Shown here piece after piece: positions 11,263 to 20,767 of a stretch of DNA of 64,000 nt. Every line of letters starts with the position of its first letter. Position 1 is the first letter of the stretch. The notes under the pieces were generated by a model, which did no database searches, had not been told where the DNA came from, and saw only the letters and a program-made list of their open reading frames with translations. Position numbers and translations under genes: made by a program. The DNA comes from Babesia bigemina (lineage: Eukaryota), in NCBI RefSeq assembly GCF_000981445.1, contig NC_027218.1, positions 3,038,001 through 3,102,000 on the forward strand, given 5' to 3'.

Positions 11263-11409
11263 GTGATCACCCTAGTGTTCACCAGTTCACACAGTCCTGG
11301 AGGCTGAAAGTGGTGGTTTGTAAGAGTGGATTAAAGGCGTGATCACTCTAGTGTTTTCCAGTTCAGATCGTCCTGGAGGCTTGAAGTGGAGTTTTGTAGG
11401 TGTGGATTA
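11263..11409 (+). repeat. Imperfect tandem duplication, period 76 bp, upstream of the ves1a-like ATG
   Basis: gtgatcac..tagtgtt..ccagttca..gtcctggaggct..aagtgg..tttgta..gtggatta occurs at 11263 and 11339. Confidence 0.85.
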
Positions 11410-11432
11410 GTGGGAGTTTGGGGGTGGACAAG

Positions 11433-14400
11433 ATGGCGGCTAAGAGCACTCCCTCAGTCGCGGGTCATGGAGTTAAGTTGGACACTCTTAGGGACTGTCT
11501 CCAGTTCCTGGAGTGGTTAAATCATACTAAAAGGAGTGGTGCTAGAACCCAGCTGGCGGGTCGGCTAGCTAGACTACTCGAGAAGAAGTATAATGATGTT
11601 AACCGAAATCAAATTGAATCCGCACTGTCGCACTTCCTCAATGAAGTCTCAAACTTTTATAAGAAGCTGTGCAATAGAGCAGATCACGGTACACAAAAAC
11701 CACAAACCGCTATACGTACCCTCAACGCCCTGCTAGAGTGCGTAAACAAATTGCTTGCCGCCTTCTACTTTTTGCGATACCGTGTTGATGGGGGGTTCAA
11801 GGCTATGGGCGGAGGGGATTGGAAAGATGAGTCGGTTGGGATGATTGCACTCTACGCTAAACGCAATCTACAGGTGGATCAAATTAGGAAATATGCCAAT
11901 GTTATTGATAGGTATTTCATTGATACAGACAGCGGTGAATACGGAGTCATCCCCGGAGGATTCGGGGCCAACGAATTGAAAGATAGTTATATGCTCCCAC
12001 ATGGAGAGGGTTATGCCAGTGGTAGCGAGATGGCAAAGGACCTTGGAAATCTGTTGGACAAAAATCGGCACGTGAATAATCTGTTCCTCGATGTTTATTC
12101 CACCACAGTGGTTGGTAATCATGGAACCGACACTCCGAACATCGCCAATGCTCTTCGATTAGTGCGTGATTTTTGTAGGATATTCGGAAAAGTGACAGAT
12201 CCGCAAGATTTTAAGAACCATTTATATTCGAAAGATAGATGCATTGAATTGCCGCAATTACAAGCACATTGCCAAAAACTTATTGTGCCACTTGAAAAAA
12301 TTTTTAGGGAAAAGCGATTTTCCTTCACCGGATATGCGCGAGATCTTAAAGGCCTTAGCGAAAACCATATCGCCAAGAAAATGGCGAGTTGGTTTAAAGC
12401 AAATTTGTTCGAAGTGAAGGAGAAGTTGAAAAGAATTAAAACCCTTAGTAGCATTAAGAACTTTAAAAATGCATCTTTTCAGAGGGGCGCAGTCCTCCCT
12501 AAGAATGCTAAAGAGCTTGCCGACTATTTTACGCACAATTTCTTTCCCTACGGATTCACATTTCATGGCCATGATTTTAACAAATGGACGAATGCGTATC
12601 AGATATTGACTCAGGATTGGAATGGTGTAATTAGTGATCTTAATAGAGAAGGTGACGGTTTGGATAAGCTAGTTGACATTTTGAATGGGGCGAAGTGTAG
12701 ACTCGAAAACGAAAAACGAAAAGGAAAAGGAACAGGGACAGAACAAGTAAAAGCAGCGGAAGAGGCTGACGACGGCGAGCCTGACCCTCCGGCTGAAGAT
12801 TCAGATGTAGAGTCCGAGGATGAAAAAGATGAACAGTTATTGGATGAAGATCTTCCTGCCGCCACCAAAACCGAGGCCGCCAAGCCTGTGATGACCAAAG
12901 CCGAGGCGCCGAAGCCAGCGGCACCAAAACCCGATGCAGCACAGAACCAGGGCAAGAAGGCGGAGGGAGCACAGAACCAGGGCAAGAAGGCAGAGGGAGA
13001 TACAAGTCAAAATGGTCAGAGTGAAGCAAAGTCTCCTAGTTCACGAGTTTCACAGGTGGTACAAACTCAGCCTTCAAGTAATTCAAGTGCAGACTCTGCG
13101 TCATCTGGTGTCGCTGATCCCAGTAGTGGTCAGGGTCCGGTTTCTCAGGCGGGTTCTGCTGACGCTGGTCAACCAGGTGTTCAAAAGGCTCCGAAACGTC
13201 CAGTCGGTGATACTGCGGCGCCCACTGACACGGCTTCTGGTTCAGGAAGCGTTGGAGCTGGAGGGGGTGGAGATAGTGGAGAGAATGGGCATAATCCAGT
13301 TAAAAAGTGCCTGGAACCCAATATCGAAAATCTTTGGAACCATAGAGAAGGCAAAACGGCTCTAGAATTCTGTGAGGTAAAATATAAGAAACCTTCACGT
13401 GTTCCCATAAATGGCCAAAAGACTCCTCAGCAACTTTGGGATGACTATGAGAAAAAAAAGGAAGAGGAAGAACGGAAAACCCAAAACGCTTATAACACCT
13501 ATGTACGTCAGATGAAGCAAATGCCGAATTATTCATCTGCTCTAAATGGATCTGCAGTCAACACTCCGTTTGACGGAACAGCGATATCTGAGAGCTCGAA
13601 GGTTTCACGGCAGCAAAATAATGCCGAACATATTCAACAAACCTACCATAGCATTATATACAATCAGCAAAAATCAGATAAGAAGATGCATGACATGATA
13701 CAGAAATCGGTGCAACGCAAAAAAGATGAAGACACACAGTGGATAAAAAAACGCATATACGGGAGTCATGAGTTAGCCGTAGGTGGTATTCAGACAACCA
13801 CACCAAATCATCACCCCGTTGATTCATCATTATTTGACTTTGAGAAACCAATTGGTAGAGATGTAAGCAAATTTCCCGAATTTACAACAAATATCATCGA
13901 TGATATTAAATCTAAGGTACGACCTACCCAAAGTACAGACTACGCGACAGGGTATGCTACAGCAGATTCCAGAGGCATACCGAATTTCACTGGTCTACAG
14001 GGTTCCTTTGCTAATGGTATTGTTATGGGGCATCCGATAAAACAACCGAAATTGCCGAAGACGTATCCACCGGTGCCTGAGGTTTTGGGTTTGACTGTAG
14101 ACGCTGTTCCCAATCATAAATTTGTGCGATCTCCTCCACTCTCAGGTGACCCGGTGATACCACCGTCTCAGTCCGCAGAGCATCATTCCCCTGTTCCCAC
14201 GCAACCTGAACCTACCTTAACTACTATGTACATTAGCGGAAGTGAAATTAACCCAACGTCTATTCCAACCGCCGATATCCCGACAGACTTTCGCGACTTT
14301 AATTCATTGGTGTCAGAACCCATAGGCAATCCTATTTCGGACCCCAACATAGGACGTCGCATGGCACCTATCGATAGTTCCAATCTTCCTTGGCAACGTG

Positions 14401-16385
14401 CTCATGCACCCGACAAATCGCCAATCAAAGTTGCGCTTGACCAGACAATTGAAAAAATGTTGAATGTGTCCACCACAGACCTGACAGGGTCCACAAAAAA
14501 CGATGCCAACGTTCCCGCTCCTCAGAAAATTGACCCCCCAGTGCCACCATCTCTTATCACATCATGGACCATTCCTAACACTGAAAAACGTTTTCCCTCT
14601 CCAACCTTCCCACCCTCTCAACTGCCTAAAATCGCAGCCAACGCTACCACCACGAAAATTCCACACGAAGAAATCGCAGCGTATCCTGGCGAGTTCTATC
14701 CCTTGGTCTCTGAAGCAACCGGCGATAGTATTTCTCATCCTAAGCACTTTTCTCCTACGTCACCTATTGCAATTTCGAAACCCACTGTTCCCCCGCTTCC
14801 CACCAAAGTTTATCCTCCTCATAGTGGGCAGTTTGACGACCAATTTATGGGAAGCATACCAGACATCCACGGTGCCCCAATTACAGAAGATACAAACAAG
14901 ATACAAATGGCTAGAGTTCAAGACACTTTGGACTTTAAATTGTCGTTACCAGCAGAACCGATGGGCCACCCTATTCCATATGATAATAAGGATCCTCCGG
15001 TGCAAGGTCCGCCGCCAAGATTCAAGCCGCCGGATGTAAGCGGCAGTGTCACTACCGGGTTTATTGGCGGCGTTGAGTCATGGCGAAAAAAGGAAGTTAT
15101 GTACAATAATATAAAAAGGGATCTTGAAGCGCATAAGCAGGCGTTGGCGAACGACCAAGACCGGAGAATCAAAGAGGCACAACGATACGGAGAAGGATTT
15201 AAAAACATGGTACATATGCACGACGATGACAGGAACCAACATCTACTTGATGATGTACAAGAATCAACAGAAACACTCAAGTTTCCATCACCACGCAAAC
15301 TTCAAAATATTTTATATCCCAACGAGAAACCATATGTTGCTCCGCCTGTTATTGAAACATTGCCCCATGGTTTACAGTCAACTGAAGCAACCGGGGATGT
15401 GTCTAAAACGTTTATTGATGTCAAAGATTCCGAGTCGCTTCCAGAAGTCGGCTTGTCCGTCGACGTATTAAAACACTCACCGTTTCAGCCTCTGAATGAC
15501 TACGATTACGGCCGTACATTGATGCCGCCTCCGGTAGTAGCAGGGGTTCAACTTGCGAGCACCCTTGATTCAGCTAGATTGGTATCAGAGCGAAGCATCC
15601 CACTTTTTGCAAATCCACACCTTTGCACTGACCCCTGGTCCGTTTCCACATCCGCTTCCTCCACCGATACCGTTCAACCACCTACCTCCCCTCCCCCAGC
15701 TATCGACCGTCTGCCCCCGCCCAAAACAGTTCGGGAAATGCTCTGCTGGTTTGTTGGATTGAGTCAATATGGACTTATTGGAGTGGTTACGGAACATGTT
15801 TACAGCCTTCTGAGGGAACTTAACAAAGATACTTCCCATCCTACTGATGCCATCGACGTCACCGGGGATCTCTCGACGTTGGACGCCTCCATGGTCACCG
15901 CCAAACTGACCGAGGCGTGTCTCTACTCAGCCACCGTTATCTACAGAATAAAGCATCGTGATGATTACGCAGCCTATAAAAAGTTTAAGTTTGAATCAGT
16001 TTACAGTAACCTTCATTATTCCCCCGACCCCGCCGGTCTCCTCTGCCAGCTGCGTGATTACGTCTACGCCTGCCACCACCAGTTGGAATTCCTGAAAGCG
16101 CAGTCTAGTCGGGACAAACTAAGTGGTGGGTGGGAAAATTATGAGTACGGCAGTGATATCACTGCTTCCAAGTCTCCCCTCCAGGCGTTCCTGACTGACG
16201 ACTGGGGCTCCACCTTCGAGACTCACCCCTTCGACCCGTGCAACCTGTGCCTCAAGAGCAGGGTCCGGATGGGATTTCAAATGGAAGATTTGCCTGAGAA
16301 TAAACAAACTGGCGCCACCCTTTCCTCCATCCTCACTCCCAGCTGCGGCGGTGAGGGCCATGATGCGCTAGTCGACGCAAGATAG
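11433..16385 (+). CDS. Large VESA1-family (ves1a-like) protein with Pro/Ser-rich centre; C-terminally truncated, possibly a pseudogene
   Basis: N-terminus TLRDCLQFLEWL is paralogous to the gene at 61816. C-terminal motifs PKTVREMLCW, HHQLEFL..Q, GW..Y.YG, SPLQAFL and MGF match the ves1b-like gene. It ends just after PSCGGE with no TM. Confidence 0.8.
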   Translation: MAAKSTPSVAGHGVKLDTLRDCLQFLEWLNHTKRSGARTQLAGRLARLLEKKYNDVNRNQIESALSHFLNEVSNFYKKLCNRADHGTQKPQTAIRTLNALLECVNKLLAAFYFLRYRVDGGFKAMGGGDWKDESVGMIALYAKRNLQVDQIRKYANVIDRYFIDTDSGEYGVIPGGFGANELKDSYMLPHGEGYASGSEMAKDLGNLLDKNRHVNNLFLDVYSTTVVGNHGTDTPNIANALRLVRDFCRIFGKVTDPQDFKNHLYSKDRCIELPQLQAHCQKLIVPLEKIFREKRFSFTGYARDLKGLSENHIAKKMASWFKANLFEVKEKLKRIKTLSSIKNFKNASFQRGAVLPKNAKELADYFTHNFFPYGFTFHGHDFNKWTNAYQILTQDWNGVISDLNREGDGLDKLVDILNGAKCRLENEKRKGKGTGTEQVKAAEEADDGEPDPPAEDSDVESEDEKDEQLLDEDLPAATKTEAAKPVMTKAEAPKPAAPKPDAAQNQGKKAEGAQNQGKKAEGDTSQNGQSEAKSPSSRVSQVVQTQPSSNSSADSASSGVADPSSGQGPVSQAGSADAGQPGVQKAPKRPVGDTAAPTDTASGSGSVGAGGGGDSGENGHNPVKKCLEPNIENLWNHREGKTALEFCEVKYKKPSRVPINGQKTPQQLWDDYEKKKEEEERKTQNAYNTYVRQMKQMPNYSSALNGSAVNTPFDGTAISESSKVSRQQNNAEHIQQTYHSIIYNQQKSDKKMHDMIQKSVQRKKDEDTQWIKKRIYGSHELAVGGIQTTTPNHHPVDSSLFDFEKPIGRDVSKFPEFTTNIIDDIKSKVRPTQSTDYATGYATADSRGIPNFTGLQGSFANGIVMGHPIKQPKLPKTYPPVPEVLGLTVDAVPNHKFVRSPPLSGDPVIPPSQSAEHHSPVPTQPEPTLTTMYISGSEINPTSIPTADIPTDFRDFNSLVSEPIGNPISDPNIGRRMAPIDSSNLPWQRAHAPDKSPIKVALDQTIEKMLNVSTTDLTGSTKNDANVPAPQKIDPPVPPSLITSWTIPNTEKRFPSPTFPPSQLPKIAANATTTKIPHEEIAAYPGEFYPLVSEATGDSISHPKHFSPTSPIAISKPTVPPLPTKVYPPHSGQFDDQFMGSIPDIHGAPITEDTNKIQMARVQDTLDFKLSLPAEPMGHPIPYDNKDPPVQGPPPRFKPPDVSGSVTTGFIGGVESWRKKEVMYNNIKRDLEAHKQALANDQDRRIKEAQRYGEGFKNMVHMHDDDRNQHLLDDVQESTETLKFPSPRKLQNILYPNEKPYVAPPVIETLPHGLQSTEATGDVSKTFIDVKDSESLPEVGLSVDVLKHSPFQPLNDYDYGRTLMPPPVVAGVQLASTLDSARLVSERSIPLFANPHLCTDPWSVSTSASSTDTVQPPTSPPPAIDRLPPPKTVREMLCWFVGLSQYGLIGVVTEHVYSLLRELNKDTSHPTDAIDVTGDLSTLDASMVTAKLTEACLYSATVIYRIKHRDDYAAYKKFKFESVYSNLHYSPDPAGLLCQLRDYVYACHHQLEFLKAQSSRDKLSGGWENYEYGSDITASKSPLQAFLTDDWGSTFETHPFDPCNLCLKSRVRMGFQMEDLPENKQTGATLSSILTPSCGGEGHDALVDAR
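12939..12998 (+). repeat. 30-bp coding repeat x2 (AQNQGKKAEG)
   Basis: gcacagaaccagggcaagaaggc(g/a)gaggga occurs twice; the same unit is at 63076-63189. Confidence 0.95.
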
Positions 16386-16671
16386 TAATTATTGCCCTAC
16401 GTGATAATAGGTTGCCTTGTGAGACATTGTGATGCAGTGGTGGATATGTCTATTCGCGCATAGCTTACAGTGGCATGGCCGTCGTCGAATGTATATAGCT
16501 GCGATAACTACTCTGTTTAGCCACGGCATAATAAACGTGCAGCAAGCTACTACATGTATTACGACCGTGCTATCAATTGGACGTTATCACATTAACACCG
16601 GGTTTGACATTTATTTTATGAGCTATCTGGACTGGGTGAGGCTGTGATAAGTTTGGTCAGGTTACGACAGA

Positions 16672-16890
16672 TCATTGAAGATGAGGTTTAGAATCACGGA
16701 ATGCGTCACGTAGTCGGCCGAAAGTCTCGCCAAGACTTTGGTTGTATTGTCTACCGAGGACATAAAATACTAATACAACGATGGCTGGGAATAAAATCAA
16801 GCCGATGGGAACGCCAATGCCTATGGCAATGCCCAAGCACTTTGCACCCCCATTGCACGCTGGCTGACTACAACCAGGGCAATTACCCAT
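16672..16890 (-). CDS. 72-aa single-TM microprotein with MG-Cys N-terminus
   Basis: MGNCPGCSQPACNGGAKC followed by a hydrophobic segment and charged tail. Upstream tgcag acceptor and gggaagATGG context resemble the Cys-rich family. Confidence 0.6.
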   Translation of the reverse strand: MGNCPGCSQPACNGGAKCLGIAIGIGVPIGLILFPAIVVLVFYVLGRQYNQSLGETFGRLRDAFRDSKPHLQ

Positions 16891-19145
16891 CTTCCCTTAC
16901 TTGACAACCAACCCTGCACAGTAATCAACAACGCACCTCAGCTCACTAACACTCTCAGCAACCGACAATACACAATGCCCATACCCCCACTCCTATCTTG
17001 CCATCCACCATTTGCTGGGGCAACCATATATCCGGATATCCCAACGCTGACATGACATGAATATCCAATATTACCCCCATGTTGCAAGGAGCATGCTGAC
17101 AATCAAGTGACACGTCCATCTCGACAATACCGGCGTCTCCTGTCTAGGCGTATAAGCGGATACGAATCAATGGGCAACGTGCTGGCAAAGCTTCATAATC
17201 TCAATTATTAGCACATATGCGATGTTAGATACCAACCTCCACTGCCTTTCGTAACACTTATGAATTCATGTTAGCTTAACAAATACTCCTTGACAAATGC
17301 CAATTCCACAACTTCGTTGATCTGCCTCTGTCCACGACACAACTCGGCTCCACGCCAATCCTTTCAGCCACTTGCATCCCCTCCCAGACAGGGCGCCTTG
17401 TAACTGGTGAGAGGTATGCCGCTTCTCCCGAGCTTTCTCCTGCACCATGATCCATCCACTGGACAACGGCATGGCCTAGGACGTGGTATCTAGTGTCACT
17501 CTGATGCTCCAGTGTGCCTCTTGGCCGGGCACCTCCAGTCCCGGTTTGCGGGCTACTAGCACTACTCTTCCCAACCCCCTACCGTGTCCTCGCTACATAG
17601 CGTCGCTGTTGGTTTCTACCTCCATGACGGAGTGTACTTATTTGGAGAGCTTACTTACGTGGTAAGTCATTGTTAGGCTCTCCCTCCAGGGTAGTGCGTC
17701 GGTCCTCCCGTGGTATTAAGTGTGCGGCGGCTCCGTTGTCCGGCCTCCCCGCTTCCTTTCCACACTTAGGGTCATTTCCACTGCCTCAGGGCGTATGCGG
17801 CAGCTTTTGCTATCAACACATGTATCGAAATTATATTGAGCGCGATGAACTGTGTTGCATTTTACATTGCCTCTGAAGCTTCCGACGTATCCACACATCA
17901 GGGGTCACCTGGTGCGCACATAAAAGCGTCTGACGCATAAGCATACGTCATCATTGGACGCATGAAGTGTCTTATTCATGTCGCGGTAACTACACAAAAA
18001 AGTGTTCATAACCAATTGCACAGCGCATCGTTGAGTCACCATCATAATGATATCACCTGCAGCAAAAAGGAACGTGGCACAACAGTGAGAAAACGCGGCG
18101 CCAACACTACCCCTTTGCGTTATGATTAGACCACTCACAGCGTTGTTTAAGCGTAATGAGACATTGGTGATTAAACCAGTCAATGAAAATTGATGACTGG
18201 CTGAGGCCGACCGATGTGCCCAACACAGATGCTACGTAACCATTGGGTTCGTTAATGAAATGTGGCATAAATACACTGGTACCAGTATACTGCATTTTAA
18301 ATATGAATGATATGGCCTGCAATCATGATTTAAGTCGAAACTGCGGCAACCGTCTGGCGCAATCCACATCACCAAACCGAAGCTGTCATTCACTTCACTA
18401 AGGCACTTAGATGCCAGGCGCGGAAACAAGTTGTAAGTGTGTCTTGACTTATTATCACGATGTACAGAAATGCCGACGCGGCTGCGCTCATTGATCACTT
18501 AAGACCTAATGAAGGCAGTGCGTGACAAAGTGGATTGTGAAGCTGGGTGGCTGGTCGGTCACCCATGTTGGTATCTTGCGACTACAGTGATAGGCCAATA
18601 AGAGGCATACGTCTTAGGTGATTATATGGCGCAAGATAACAATTGGATCCGTGGATAGGCGACGGCTTAGGCACTGATAGGCGAGATGGCCAGTGAACGG
18701 CTGAGTGACGTGACATAGACGCCAACGGTGTAAACAATAAACATATTAACAACGCTTTGTGGTTCATCAATGAACTTATCAGCAAGCAAATTTGGTGACA
18801 TTCAGAAGCGCCTGCGCCAACGTTGTACTGTCCTTGATGGTTTGAATTGACTGCCCAACTGGTGCTAGTTCATCTGCATGCCGTAGTCAGGATACAATTG
18901 ACATGCGCCAAGTTGGCAATATTTCGGTGACGTTATCTGTATCTTAGTGATGTAACCAGCGGTGCACTGGATGGCAATCACCCGGCTGCTACGGCGGCGC
19001 CGATGGGAGACAGCAGTGTCTGGCTGAGGTGCGTGCTCATGAGTGCATTTGGCGACTGCGTTGCTGCGGCGCGTGTTCATGAGTTGTTGATGAGTGTTGC
19101 TGAGGTGATTGATATGCTTGCAAGTTGAGGGGACTGGGAGGGGAG

Positions 19146-19679
19146 ATGGGGATAACCATAAGGTACGGTGCTCGTTGTAATGAGTGTGATTATGTATGTA
19201 AAACTTATCAAGAGTGTAACTGCTGTCGTTGGTGCTGTAAAAAATGTAAGACTAGCAGTGGTTGCTATCTATGTTACGATGGTTTTTTCTACAGGAACTC
19301 AGGTAACAAGGACTGCCATCCTAAAGGATGTAAATCCCAAACTCAACAGTGTCCCGACTTTAACACATGTGGATGTACATGTTGTCTCGCTAAACGTCCG
19401 CGTGCAGAAGTTGCCGCCGTCACCCTTTCATCCCCCGGTGCTGAGTCTCAAACCCGTGCACTAAGTGGTACCAGCAGTCAAAATGATTTCATCGACGACC
19501 TTCATGAACAAGACTCCACACCTTCCCCCCCTCCCTACTCCGCCATCGCCGCCATCATCGTTGCCATCATCGTCGCCATCATCCTGCTCGACCTGTGCAT
19601 CTTCCGCTTCCCGGTGGGCCGCAACATCCGCGATTTCCTCGTACGCAAGATACCCTTCTGCATCGCGTTTTACAGCTGA
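19146..19679 (+). CDS. Small 18-Cys, single C-terminal TM protein, copy 3
   Basis: ATG at 19146 (MGITIRYG), same Cys spacing. The last 166 nt differ from copy 2 at only 3 positions. Confidence 0.85.
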   Translation: MGITIRYGARCNECDYVCKTYQECNCCRWCCKKCKTSSGCYLCYDGFFYRNSGNKDCHPKGCKSQTQQCPDFNTCGCTCCLAKRPRAEVAAVTLSSPGAESQTRALSGTSSQNDFIDDLHEQDSTPSPPPYSAIAAIIVAIIVAIILLDLCIFRFPVGRNIRDFLVRKIPFCIAFYS

Positions 19680-20767
19680 TCTCGACAAATTATTGGCGCA
19701 TAAGTTGTTAATGCAAATCCCACTGATCACCTAACTGGCAACTTGAATGTATTATAATGCACGAATTCGTTGTTTAATTTGTTTGTAGGCAAAGCCGGTT
19801 ATCACAGAAGTCGGCATCAACGGAGAGGTGTTGAAAACTGTGGTCAACGTAAAGCCAGTATGTCGCCATCGTACGGGTTGTGCTTAATCTGGCAGTGCGT
19901 TAGAGAAGTACCATCTCACGCATGTTTGGTGCAACACACGACCTATGGCTTCTGGGGTGTCTACTGAGTAGGGATAGAAGGCAAAGTTCAGCAGCAGCTC
20001 GAAAGAACAGATTCGTGTCCCGGTCCGTAGTTAGTCAACATTAGAATCCACACAAATCATTTCTAATATAACAAACATAACTATAGCGTGTTTTGTGCTC
20101 GCAGCTCTCCTCCACAATGCTACTGCCGCAGAATGCGGGTAGAAGCACGCCTCAACGTATGTTGAATCGACAAGGACACAATTGTCTCTGCATTTTGCAG
20201 CTTCACATGAGTAAAATGTCCGAATGCTGGATAGCCATTGTCTGGAGACCTGCGGTTTATGAATAATGCTGAACGCTATCCACATTTGCTCGGGTTGACG
20301 AGATCACTACCTCTTGGCGTACCTTGGTGACAGACGTTGAAGCGCTTATGGGCGTGTGGTAAGTGCAAAGTATTTTGACCGTCGGGCCTAGTGCCACTTC
20401 ACAGCTTCACATTTGATCGCACTTACCCTCCTGAGCGCAGCTGGTATTATTGAGCCCCGAATACGCAACCATGTTGCTCATTCTTGTCGTAAATTGCGTA
20501 ATTATTGGGGTTTAAAATTGTCTAGTTGCTATATCCCGTGAAGCGGTGGGAGGCGGCACTGCACGGTCTCATAGGGGTGACATCTAAAACGTCCGGTCAT
20601 TATACGGCAAATATTGTGTACGAATTCCAATCGCGTACAGGCAGTAAGTGTACGAAACGAGCGATCACCATCCATAGGGTACATAACAACTCTACCACAT
20701 TGTCGCCCATAAACAGCGCGGGCGTCCAATGTTATAACTACCCAAGTTCGGTATGCGGCCTATGAAA

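Noticed and set aside
11400..11432. ORF-track extensions ahead of the probable ATGs (also 19125, 22396, 27019, 55404)
   Set aside because: Mostly GTG/TTG starts, which are not expected in a eukaryotic nuclear gene. Downstream ATGs give signal peptides or family-typical N-termini; 55404 is an ATG, but homology begins at 55491.
18531..18543. 13-bp match tggattgtgaagc shared with about 60868
   Set aside because: May reflect related island intergenic DNA but is too short to support as an element.
17266..18785. Several short ORFs on both strands between the microprotein and Cys-rich copy 3
   Set aside because: No consistent frame, motif or splice model; probably intergenic or decayed sequence.
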